Assembly (NCBI RefSeq): GCF_000315625.1
Contig: NW_005434620.1
Coordinates: forward strand, 207,694 to 271,693
Direction of reading: 5' to 3'
Origin: Guillardia theta CCMP2712
Lineage: Eukaryota; Protista; Cryptophyta
DNA: 64,000 nucleotides
Part shown: positions 10,154 through 21,480 of the stretch, piece after piece
How positions within the stretch are numbered: position 1 is the first letter of the stretch
Layout of the letters: each line of letters begins with the position of its first letter
Notes under the pieces: model-generated
What the model saw: the letters and a program-made list of their open reading frames with translations, nothing else
The model's database searches: none
What the model was told of the DNA's origin: nothing
Made by a program: the position numbers and the translations under genes

Positions 10154-13100
10154 TCAGATGTCGGAAGTCTCCCTGTAGCCCTTCCAAGATGCGGGAGACA
10201 CGAAGTTGTGCTCTGCCATGGTCTGCAGGACGAGCTTGCCTGCTGCTCCGTCAGCCAACTCCAAGACACGAGGAAGGGAAGAGAGAGAAGGAACGAGAGC
10301 AGACGAGAAGAGGAGGCGGGGGAGAGGGAGAGAAAAATGAACTTGGGGAGCAGGGAAGAGATGGAGGGAGGGAGGGAGGGAGCTCTACAAGAAGAGTTGG
10401 CGGGAGGGAGGAAGGAGCTCTACAAGAAGAGTTGGAGGGAGGGAGGAAGGCATGAAGGAGTGGAGGGAAGGTGGTCAACCTGGCTTGTCGTTGGGATAGA
10501 CTTCCATGCATTCTTCCATGAGCTCCTTTGCCACGTCCCACTGCCCCTTGAAGTAGGGGACGAGGGCCTTCTCGAACTGCCGGCGCCAGTCGGCGGAGGT
10601 GATGGGAGGGAAAGTCTCCCAGAAGTCGTTGCCAGAGGATTCTGAAGGAGGAGTCAGCTGGGGAGGAGGGAGGAGGATGGAGAGGCTGGGCGGATCAGGA
10701 GGAAGGAGGCGGAAGCAGTCCAAGGAGGGCACAAGGAAGAGGCGCTCAAGGCACACAGGGGACGGAAGACGCGGAGAGTCGGGGAGGGAGGGAGGGAGGG
10801 AGCAAGAGGAGAGGAGAAGCTACCGAGGAAATTCATGTCGTAGTCGTCGAGGCTGAAGGCTCTGGTGTCGTAGGTGAAGAGGTCGATGGGGGTTTTACTG
10901 TCAGGAACTTTGATCTTGTCGACCTGCTGCTGAGTCAGAGAGAGAGAGAGAGGAGGCGAGGAGAGAGAGAGAGAGGAGAGAGAAGACAGAGAAGAGAGGA
11001 AGAGAGAGAGAGAGAGAGGAGGAGGAGGAGGAGAGATGAACAAGTGGGAGACAAGGAGGGTAAGAAGAGGAAGGAGACAGCAGGAAGGATTGAGGACGAG
11101 AAAGGAGGCAGGAGGAGGAAGAGGGTGCCCGAGACCTTGCGGCAGAGCTTCTGGACAGGAGGGGAGAGGAGGTCCCAGAACGCGTCGGTCATGAGCACGA
11201 GAACGCCGTAGATCTTCGTTGCAGCCTCGAGCCTCTCCGACCACTTGACGTTGGGGGAGAGGTAAGTCGGGTCGATCTTGAGAGCTGAGCCGATGGCTCC
11301 CTCGATGGCCCAGCCAGCATGCAGCCCGAAGCCGAAGGTGATGGTGTAGTTGGGGATCCTTGCCTGAAGCTTCTCGTTGGAGGTCAGGCGAAGGAGAGCT
11401 GGGCAGGTCGAGGTCTCGAAGACGATTCTCAGCACAGTCCGCAGAGCCGCGTCAGCGGTCGAGACGACCTGGCCGACCGTCCGGCGCTCCGGCAGGCGCC
11501 ACGCGAGCTGGAAGGCGTCGCCGACGTTTTGTTGGGAGCGCCCTCGTTCTCGGAGACCGAGCGATGCACAAAGTCAGCGACGCGATTGACGAAGATCATC
11601 ACGTCCTCTTGCAGACACTCCGTGCAGTCAGTGAAGGATCGGATGTCGCAGAAGCCCCAGACGCCCTGGATGCGCTTGCCTGGGATCAGAGCGTTCACGT
11701 CCTTGCCGCTGTTGAGATTCTCGGTGATGATGGTGGAGCCAGCCTCTCCAAAGGCAATCTGAAGCATCGTGGACAACTTGATCAGAGCTGCTGCGATCGA
11801 CTTCGTCTCTGCGTCCCCGTCTATGATCTCCGTCTCTGCGTTCATCCTCGCCATCGGGTCTGCCATAAGCCCTCGCACCATCGCCGTCATGGTCTCCAGC
11901 GGCACGATCACCAGCTTGTTGGTCAGCTGCCCGAAGTTGAAGGTGGCGAAGCCCAGCAAAAAGGTCACGAAGATCACCGTCGAGCAGCTCTGCATCGCTT
12001 GGCTCTTGGAGTCCTTGGTGGTCTTTAGAACGAGCATGGTACAGGGGTCCGCGTCCGCCAGGGAGGAGCAGGGGTAGCTGTCGCACGCGCCCCCGTAGAG
12101 GGTCCCGAACCCGAGCCGCCATGCTGCGATGTCGGGAAACCAGCGGGAGAAGGTCGAGTTGGGGTCAAGCCGGACGCTCTGGTTGAACTCAGTGCCCCAG
12201 GGGTAGGTACCTTGACAAGTTTGACTGCCGTTGAAGATCTCGATGAGCTGCTCGGCCGGGTACCCTCGTAGGTCGTACATCCAAGTCCTCTGGGAAGGGC
12301 CGTAGCCCCACACGTCAATGCCATTCACTCGCAGATACCGGAAGGTGCAGCCGATGGTTTCTTGCCGGGTTCCCAGCGTCGTCCGGTCAATGGGCGGGCA
12401 GCCGGGGAGGCAGGTGGAGTTGACCTCGGGCTGGTCAAGGCAGTTGTACTTCTGGAGGAAGCGGAGGGAGGCGGTAGCGAACGGCTCTGCGCTGACATTG
12501 TTGTCTGCGACGGTGAGGAGGTAGTCGAGGCGAGAGAGCTCGTCTTGGAATGTGCACTCGGAGGACTGGAACTCAGACGCAGTCTGGATGAGGAGGAGTA
12601 GCTCCCCAACGATGAGCATGGTGGCGATGATGACGATGATCTTCCGTTGGATCCCGTCGTTGATCAGCTGGCCGACTTTCGACCCCTCTTGCTGTGTCCT
12701 TGATTTCTTCTTGATGAGCGTCAGGGCCTTGAAGATTCGGACGATACGCGCTGCTCTCGTCCCTGCTCGCGCCGCTCGCCCGGCTCGAGCAACGGTCGCG
12801 CTCCCCCCCTGGCCTCCTCCAAAGAGGCTGATGTCCCAGAGGAGAAGGAAGTCAGGGGCGAGGGAGATGGTGGAGATGAAGTCAAGGTAGAAGAAGAAGG
12901 AGAAGCAGTAGCCCGGCTTGAAGAGCGTGTAGAAGATGAACTCCAAGCTGAAGAGGCAGAAGCAGAGCAGGACGATGGTGTAGAACGAAGGGTCACTCTC
13001 CTTAGACACATCCGCCATGGCGTAGATGTCGGTACCCCACAAGGAAAAGACAGTCACGACGATCATGAGCATAGTGAAGGCACTTTCCTCGGGATTCTCA

Positions 13101-14884
13101 ACCACACCAGGGATCAGCGACTGAGGGCCCTCCCGCCTCCTCGCCCGCGCCTCCTCTTTGGCGATCCGCTTCTCCTCCGCCATGCGCAGCTTCTCGGCCT
13201 CGAGCCTCTCTTGCGCCGTCATCTTCTTCTCCGTCGTCACCTGCAGCACCTGCAGGTCCGATCGCCCCATGGAGCGCACAAGGTTGGAGATCTTCGCCAT
13301 GTCCGCCTGCCGCTTGTTGATCTTCCGCTCCCACAGCTTGCGGTTCTTCGGGTCCCACTCGACCAGGTCGCTATCGTCGTCCACCTCCTTCTTCTCCTGG
13401 TACTCTTCCTCGTCGACCTCCTCGATAGGGTCGAGCAGGTGGGGGTTGAAGTCCTGCATCAGCTCCTCGAAGGTCTTCTTCCCTGCTGACGCCGACGGCA
13501 AGTTCTCTCCGTCGCTCACGATCTGCTTCGTCGCTACTCCGCTCATGAGCGCGCTGGTGCTGCGCCGAGGAGAGACGCTGCAGGAGTAAGGAATCAGACA
13601 GCAGCAAGAGAAGGGGAGGAGGACGAGCAGGAGCAGGAGGAGAGGAAGTGCTCGACCTGCTGCTGCCACCGGTAGAAAGCTGCCTCTCCATGAAAGCATG
13701 CTTCTTGGTCAGACTCTCCAGCGAGACTCGGATCGGCAGCTCTCGGATCTCGTCGGGGAGTTTAATCCAGTACTTAGTGACCTGGAGGACTGTCAGGAGG
13801 AGACGGCAAGACTTCGAACGAGCAGTCACTCTTACCAGCCCGTCGTCGCTCTTCTCGATCGCCTGCACCTCCCCAGTTTTGCCCTCGTACCTGCACCCAA
13901 CAGACTCACGACAAGACCCCAGGGCCCTCGCACGTGCCTGGAGAAGTTGGGAGGGAGGTTGGAGACGATGACTTGATTTCCAACTTCGATCGTGTTCCTG
14001 GACGAGGACTTGGAGTGCAGGAGGGGAATGTCAAAGTTGTCGTCCTGCAAGGGCGGAGCCGATTCTGGCGAGGACGGTGGAATCATCTCGGATCTTGCCC
14101 CGTCCGTCGCCTCCGCAGGCAGCCTGATGCTGTCGGGGAGGGCAGGAGGACGAGAGTAGAGGCGAGGAGAACTCTCACTCTCCTCCAGCTTCGCCTGCTC
14201 CCGCGGGTTTGCAGCAGCGGGCATGGGAAGAATTTCTTCGCTCGCGCCTGCACAGACAAAGGGAACGTAAGGGGAGCCAAGAGCTCGAGGAGGCCGGCGA
14301 ACCTTCATCCCTTCCAGCGCTAGAGGAGACGGACGTGTGCTGGTCGTAGACAATCGTAGCAGCAGCCTGGGGGGCTGCTGGAGGGAGCAGAGGAGTTGAC
14401 TGAGGAGGTCAAGTCAGTTCGGCACGTGAAGCAACAGGGCCCTCACGTCTGATTCTTGTTCCCCCCAGTCTTCTCCTGGATCTGACGTTTCTCTTCCAAA
14501 CTCTCCCCCGCTCACGGTCAGGGGCAGGTCAGCCCCTTCCTCCTGCCGCCTGCTCGACGACGGCAGCGCCATCCGAGCGACGAGCGCGTCCAACGGGTTC
14601 AACTGTGACCGACATCAGCGGCAGCCTCCCTCCCCTCCCTTCCCCGCACGCACATGCTGCTGCGCGGACGACATGTCCAGCGAGTCTTCCCTGCTCGAGT
14701 CCGCATCCATGTGCCCAGGAAGGTCCATGAACTGCACTGGAGTCTCGAACTGCCATGGGCCGTCAGGGCTGCTAACTCGAGGAGGCAACGGCAGGACCTG
14801 ACTGTCAGTATCGTCCTCCTCGTCCGCCAAAGAGTGCATCGGTGAGGGACCCAAGTCCCGAAGAGCTGGAGGAGCTCTGCCCAT
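10154..14884 (-). CDS. ion-channel (voltage-sensor)-class III adenylyl cyclase fusion, alveolate AC type, with C-terminal TPR-like tail; one frameshift in assembly
   Basis: TM helices, S4 ARAGRAARAGTRAARIVRIFK, FGEAG, FCDIRSFT, NK/NVGDAF, FGLHAGWAIEGAIGS..KID, RLEAATK, last exon ...HNFVSPASWKGYRETSDI* (TGA 10154-10156); 5' end uncertain next to the gap. Confidence 0.85.
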
Positions 14885-15098
14885 GTCTCTTGCCTGCCGC
14901 AATGGAGCATGAGACGGTTGAGATTCTGACAGCTGCAGGAAGAGCAGGAGGGGCACAAGCAGAAACAGAAGGAGGAGGAGGGGCGCAAGCAGAAACACGA
15001 GGAGCGGGAGGAGGAGGAGCAGAAACAGGAGGAGGAGGAGGAGGAGGAGGAGGAGGAGGAGGAGGAGGAGGAGGAGGAGGAGGAGGAGGAGGAGGAGG

Positions 15099-15198
15099 NN
15101 NNNNNNNNNNNNNNNNNNNNNNNNNNNNNNNNNNNNNNNNNNNNNNNNNNNNNNNNNNNNNNNNNNNNNNNNNNNNNNNNNNNNNNNNNNNNNNNNNN
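15099..15198. other. assembly gap (100 N) at a (GAG)n tract
   Basis: Run of N. Confidence 1.
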
Positions 15199-16399
15199 AA
15201 AAGAACCAAAAGCAATATAAACATTATAAAATAGAGACCCCTTTGCCCCAGGTGTCGACATTCAAGCTATGTTTTGTAAAACATTCCAATCAGATTTTGA
15301 AATCAATTCAAAGATCTTGAAGGAAAATCTGGCAGAGGATGAAAATTCTCCGGCACAGCGGTTCGGGACGGGGGGTGGGTCCTTTTGGCTATTCGGATTG
15401 AGTTCATGACAGCAGCCTGACGGAATTCCTCAGTACCAAACATTTTACTTATTTAATAGGGTTTAAAAAAATTCGGTTCGTTGTCCCGCTGCTGACTCCG
15501 TGACCCCACCTACTAACAACCTGTGTAAAGTAGACTTAGGGGTGGGGTTGTTGGCAATAGTCATTCCGCCACTGGGCAAGGTAGTCGGGACGGTTCAAGT
15601 AAGGTTGTAGATTTAACATCTCTCAGAACAACCAAGAAAGTGCGAGCGAGCTCCAAAGGGAAGGGAGGGGACAAGACACTCTGACAACCAAGAAAGACAG
15701 AAACGATGCAAAAACGGAAGGAGGAGGAGGAGGAGGAGGAGGAGGAGGAGGAGGAGCAAACCTTGTCAGTTTTCGATCGCTCAGATTCAAATTCTTCTCA
15801 TCGCGCAGGCTCAAGGTGCGCGAGATGCCGGTAGCAACCTGCGCAGAGTCAAGAAAGGGATGAGCAAAGAACGCCAACAGGAGCAGAAGAAACGAATTCA
15901 ACTCAGAGTTCAGGCCAGGGAGGGAAACGAATTTAACTCAGGGTTCAGGCCAGGGAGGGATGGAACGGATGGGAAAGTGGGGGGAGGGTAAGTTGGAGGC
16001 TGCTGTGGATACAGAGGAGTGGAGGAAGCGAGAATTTTCTCATCTTATCTAAGTAAACATGAGATGCTATCAACCATGCTTCCGAGCATGCGTGCTCCAG
16101 CCTCGTTCTCTGCGGAGTATGAAAGCCATGCTAATTCTGTTGCTGCTGATCTTGACCCTGATTCTGACGCCACCTCCACTCACCGCCCTGCCTTCCTTTC
16201 AAATCGTCCGCTCTCCTCAAGTCTGACCCTGTCATCGTTGCATTCTCTCAAGACTTTGATCCATATCCTCCCTGTCTTCTTCTTCTTCTCCTCCTCCTCC
16301 TCCTCCTCCTCTTCCTCCTCTTCCTCCTCCTCCTCCTCCTCCTCCTCTTCTGTCGTGCTCTGGCCCGTGCATCACGCCCGCAATGGCGGTTGAGTCTTC

Positions 16400-16800
16400 A
16401 AGGGGGGTGGTAACAAGAGGGTGGATGTAAAACAGGGGGTGGGGGTAGTCTCCTCAAGATACTCAAGGGGTAGTGGGGACGGACTGAGCTGTTGACTAAA
16501 CGGGAGGGGTGGTCAGGAGTTGTAGTAATTGAGGGGTACAAGGGTGGTTTCAGTTGCCATCAGCAGGGGTGTATTGAACAGGTAAAGAGGAGGTAGGGGT
16601 ACTCGATTAGTGATGTGTAGCAGGTAGGTAATCTGGGGAGGGACGTAGCCACCGAAGGTAGGGGTACACAGATATATGAACGTTGAGTTCGAGGGGGGTA
16701 GGGGGTGGGGGTACGAAATATTGACGAAGGGGTTAAAAGTTGCCAGAGAGGGGGGGTAGGGGTTATCGAGGAAGTTTGACAAGGGGAGTAGGAAAAAATC
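16400..16800. other. GGGGTA-rich block (TACCCC on minus strand)
   Basis: Many ggggta/gggggtac motifs. Confidence 0.6.
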
Positions 16801-16942
16801 TGAGTGGAGGAGGAGGTCGAGGAGGGGGAAGGAGGAGGGGGAGGGAGGGAGGAGATGGAGGACGGGGACGAGGAGAAGGGAGGACGAGGAGGGATGAGGA
16901 GGTGATGGAGCAGGAGGAGTAGGAGGAGAAGAAGGAGGAACC

Positions 16943-18804
16943 TGACACGTGCGGTGTTGCTGGTAGAGACGGATCCTCCATCGCAAGGCTCCACTTTGCC
17001 TGCCTCTGATCAGGAAAGGAGGAAGAGGAGGCGGTTGAAGAGCACCTCCGTGGTCCTTGATGGATGGAGGTTCGCATGCGACCAGATCAGCTGCATGGCG
17101 ATCAGACGAGCATAGGAGAGGAGAGAGGAGAGAGGAGAGAGGAGAGAGGAGAGAGGAGAGGAGAGGACAAGAAACTGTAATACGAGGATCGACAGAAAGG
17201 AAGGGGGGGGATGGGTGGGACACGAAGGTATGCAGGTAAGGGATACTTGCCTCTAGGCTCGACACCGTGCTGTCCAGCTTGGAAAGACTCAGACCCTTGA
17301 CACAACGACGTCAGACGCAGCGGGAATGAACGACAGGAGAGGAACCATGGCAGCACGTTCCTGCTCCATCAGGGCTACTTGGTTCTCGAGCTGGAGGACG
17401 CGCTTCTGTGAGAGATCATTGTCTCGCCGAAGCTGACTGTTCTCCTGCTCAGCAAGACGTGAGAAAGGACGCTCCCGTCTCCCTCCTCTCACCTCCTCGC
17501 TCTGCTCGAGCCGTTTGATCGCCTCTCTTGTTGCCTTCTCTGCTATCGAGTGCGACTGCGAGCGGCTCTCAACCTGCCATGATCTTAGCGAGACAATGCT
17601 GAGCGACAAACGGAAATGCAGCAGGATAGACAGGCAGGCAGGCAGGCAGTCAAGTCAGTCAGTCAGTCAGTCAGTCAGTCAGTCAGTCAGAGAACAAGTA
17701 TCTACTGACCTTGACCTGCAGCTCCTTGAGGTGAGAATAAACTTCATGCAGCTGGCTCTTGAGCTCTTCGATCTCCTTGTCCTTGGATGCATCTGAGTCC
17801 CTGCCTTCACGGGCTTCGGGGCTCACTGGATGAGGAGCAGAAAGTTTGACCAGCCGCGCGCTGGTCGGTCGCGTCTCAATCCCTTCGTTCTTGGGAGCGG
17901 GAGGAGAGCTGTTCACTTTCTTCGAGCTCCTCTCCTTCTGCTCGCCGGCAGGGCTGCCAACAACCTTCCTCGGCAGCCTCAGGAAGTTGGGAGAATTCTT
18001 CGAGGGAGAGGAGGAAGCCTCAAGGATTTCGATGCTGTCGACGTGAATCTCCACCTTCGTTGTGAAGCCATCGGGACCGCACAGTTCAGCATCCTGTGAG
18101 GCTCGTAACGACAGACTGTACACGAGCTCGCCATCGCGTTCGCTGCCTTCGCCGCCTGGCACAAGGTCATACCCAAAGACCTTGGCAAATCCGTTCTTGA
18201 CGTCGGCTCCTCGGCTGTTGTACTCCCAGAGGATGAAGACGAAGGCGTCTGAGCGCGAGGCGGAGATTTGAAACTTCTCTCCATCGAACTGAGCATGCGA
18301 TTTCTTCTCGCGCGACCAAGTCTTCTTGACACGAGACGTGCGCACTAGCTTGTTGCTCTTCCTCTCGAACTTTCCTCTCGCCAACACCCTTATCTCCACG
18401 TAGAACTCCCCGGCGCTCCGTGAGTTTATCGGCAGGTTTACCACGTCAGCGATGGACAAGTTCAGCCTGAACCTTTCTTGTGTCGTCTCCTGCGTGGGTG
18501 GTCGGTCGCCATGGCTAGGGGAAGCTCGCACGGCAGCAGCCTCCTCATCCTTCTCCGCCTTGTCAGCCTCGGCAGGATGGTCATCAGAAGCCTTGCTGGC
18601 AGAGTCCGAGAGAGACTGCGAGTTCTCGGAGAGCAGGAAATCAAAGTCCTCGTAGGGATCCGCAACCTTCTTCTCTCCCTTTATGTGTGCTGTGGGGAGT
18701 TCTTCCACGTCCATGGCGACCAAGAGTGCAGCATCCAGGCTTGCAAGCAGTTCGTTATGATCATTGCTCCCACCGTTGTGGATCGTTTCGCTCATGGTTT
18801 GCAA
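16943..18804 (-). CDS. C2-domain + coiled-coil protein (3' exons uncertain, may extend to ~15760)
   Basis: RLNLSIADVVNLP...FYVEIRV...VRTSRVKK...FVFILWEY...GFAKV C2 pattern; heptad coiled coil KDKEIEELKSQL... continued across small introns. Confidence 0.65.
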
Positions 18805-19456
18805 ACACGTATTCAGATCTCAGTCCTTGTAGTACTTGACACGTTCACTGTCGGATTGTAACCCAGTCCATCCGCTGGCTACAGTCCCGTCGGAAACATC
18901 AGCGTCAGCCTCTCCTACCTACCAGGCTGCAGTTTCACCCTCTCCTTTCAATTCTTATCGGGTCTTTATCAAAGTACCTCCCAATGTCACGCAAGCTTCT
19001 TCTCGGGCCTTGCTTTCAAATTTCTGCTCCTCCTCAAGGATCTTGATCTTTCTCCCTCACCTTCCTCAGCTTCTCTTCGTGCTTGTACTCTTTTTGTTCA
19101 TAACTTCTCATCGTCGTCATCGCTGTCTCTTCATCGCTCCGCTGCATTCATTCGTCTCCCTTCAAAATAGCGCATTTATCGCCATGTTCAAGTGGGTGTG
19201 ATATTGTCCTTCGTCGTACCCCCCACCCCCTACAAATTCATTGTACCCCTGATGAGAATAGTGATTATTGATTATTTGCACATGGGGGTAGTATCACCCT
19301 ACCCTACTCGGTGTTGTCTACCCTACGGTAACTTGATGGACATCGTCAGGCCGTGCGGGACTCGAAGCAAAACAAAACCAGTGCAAGAGAGTGGAGATGA
19401 GCACAACTGAGGAGATGACGATGTAGAAAGATCAGAAGAAGTGATGAGGGAAGAAG

Positions 19457-19577
19457 ATCAAGAGACATCAAGGAGAGACATCAAGGAGAGACATCAAGGA
19501 GAGACATCAAGGAGAGACATCAAGGAGAGACATCAAGGAGAGACATCAAGGAGAGACATCAACGAGAGACATCAAGG
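19457..19577. repeat. 13-bp tandem repeat (GAGAGACATCAAG) x ~9
   Basis: Direct reading. Confidence 0.95.
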
Positions 19578-19845
19578 AAGCGGGGAGAAGAAGTGAGATG
19601 TAGAGATGTAGAAAACAGAGAGAAGAGCGAGAAGTTTTGAGAACTCAAAGAGCGATAAGGTGAAGAGAGATACGGGGAGGAGAGTGAGAAGAGAATGATG
19701 AGAGAACAACGGCAAGAGAGTGAATGTAGTAAAATTCACGACATCTCACAAAGGACTCGAGCACTAGATACATTCATGACACGAGAGCAATCAGGCCAGG
19801 GGCAGCACGTGATGTTAAGACAGGAGCAAACACGTCTTTCATTCC

Positions 19846-20784
19846 TCATGCTTTCTTCGCTCTCTTCTCGAGCTCCAACGTCTGATGTCTCAGCTCCTGC
19901 ACGTCCTGCGTCAGCGTGTGGATCGCGATCTCATCTGCCTGCAGCCGAGCCTCCAGCGCCTGCACTGCCACGTCGTCCGTAGGGATCGCGCACAGAACTC
20001 CTCCTGCACACCCATCGTCGGAAGAGGGGACGGGAGGGATCGCAGAGCGGATGCTGTTGGCAGCATCGTTGGCATCCGCCACAGGCTGCTGAGCTGGAGG
20101 AAGGGCGTTCAAGGACGGGCTGGTTTCAGCCAGAGACTGTGTCCTTGCCTTGGAAGCGGTCGATCCGCGCGTCTCCTCCTTCCTGCTCTGCTGAGAGCTC
20201 CCTGTAGCAAGGGAGCTGCTCTTGGCTGCTGCCGCATGAGGCTTCGCAGGCTCTTTCAGCTCCTTGGAGAGTTTCGCGTCTTTGTGCATGCCGTCCCGTT
20301 GGTCTTGCCGTACACTGTCAAGGGTAGCCTGCAGCAAGCCGAGATCCGAAGCGGGAGGTGAGACTACTGTCCTCTTCCCGCCCTCCTGCGGCCTCAGGCT
20401 CTCATCCTGCGGCTTTCCGAGCGAAGAACGAGCGTTCCATGGAGCATACACCGTCGAAGCAGCGCGCATGATCCTCCCCTGACGCCGAGCAAACTTGTAC
20501 CCCTGTGAGTACGGGCTGTAGTCCTCGTGTCCTCTTCCTCCCATCTGTGATGCTGCTGACTTTGCATACTCCATCCCAATCTTTCCGTGCTTCATCTCTA
20601 CGACTTTCACATTTGCATCGCCGCCGTAAAGCAAGGAAGAGCCATCGGGAATAGGGAGACCTCCGATAGCATAGCATACCGTGATCACAGCAAATACTGC
20701 AATAATTCCAGACATGAACCCCCGTCTGTTATGCACATAATTTCCACTTTGGTGACACTTTGAAGGTTCTTCAGCCTGTACCAT
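19846..20784 (-). CDS. hypothetical type II membrane protein with C-terminal coiled coil
   Basis: 312-aa ORF, single TM (GIIAVFAVITVCYAIGG), C-terminal heptads VQALEARLQADE... Confidence 0.7.
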   Translation of the reverse strand: MVQAEEPSKCHQSGNYVHNRRGFMSGIIAVFAVITVCYAIGGLPIPDGSSLLYGGDANVKVVEMKHGKIGMEYAKSAASQMGGRGHEDYSPYSQGYKFARRQGRIMRAASTVYAPWNARSSLGKPQDESLRPQEGGKRTVVSPPASDLGLLQATLDSVRQDQRDGMHKDAKLSKELKEPAKPHAAAAKSSSLATGSSQQSRKEETRGSTASKARTQSLAETSPSLNALPPAQQPVADANDAANSIRSAIPPVPSSDDGCAGGVLCAIPTDDVAVQALEARLQADEIAIHTLTQDVQELRHQTLELEKRAKKA

Positions 20785-20914
20785 CCTGACTATTTGCTTG
20801 TAGAATGAAACTTGCTCCCGAGCTCCTAAACAGCCGCTTCACAAACCACAGCTTGTTGAGGTTCCCTGCCTCTTCCTCTGAATCTATATCTCCTCCTCCT
20901 CCTACGATACTCCT

Positions 20915-21016
20915 CCTCTTCCTCTCTTCCTCTCTTCCTCTCTTCCTCTCTTCCTCTCTTCCTCTCTTCCTCTCTTCCTCTCTTCCTCTCTTCCTCTCTT
21001 CCTCTCTTCCTCTCTT
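20915..21016. repeat. 8-bp microsatellite (CTCTTCCT)n
   Basis: Direct reading. Confidence 0.9.
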
Positions 21017-21480
21017 CAGGCACGAAGAGCCATGGAGGCGTGGAAACTTTTAGGTTTAAAACTGTTTTCATCCCCTTACCAAATAGTGATTGATAGAATT
21101 AACAAAACTTTGTATTGTATCATATATACTATTAAGATTCCAGTACTGAGATCCTTTTAAAAACATAGTATGAATACTGTTCACCCACGAGAACGCATCT
21201 CAGCAGGTTTTCACGCAGGGGATCACGAACGAAGGAGGTATCAGCGTCAAGAAGGTCAGATGAGATCGAGGTATGAGCATCAAGACACCTTCATAGAGAT
21301 ATCAGGGTAAGATAAGGGCATCGGTAAGTCAGGTCATCTCATGTCCTGAGACCAAACAAGGGCTAATACGAGAAAGAAAAGAAAGTGGTCGAGAGAGGTG
21401 AAGGCAACCTTGCAAGAAGGAAGCGGCGAGGAAGAGACATAACTGACAATAGGAAACGATGTTTGAGATCGAACAGTACA

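Noticed and set aside
11319-13589. Long plus-strand ORFs overlapping the cyclase
   Set aside because: Antisense shadows of a GC3-rich coding region with no protein motifs
15889-15959. 35-bp direct duplication (a similar one at ~10378-10448)
   Set aside because: Local slippage duplications in non-coding sequence with no evidence of function
15763-16360. Possible extra exons (LRR-like KNLNLSDRKLT; acidic exon)
   Set aside because: Could not assign phase or parent gene reliably next to the gap
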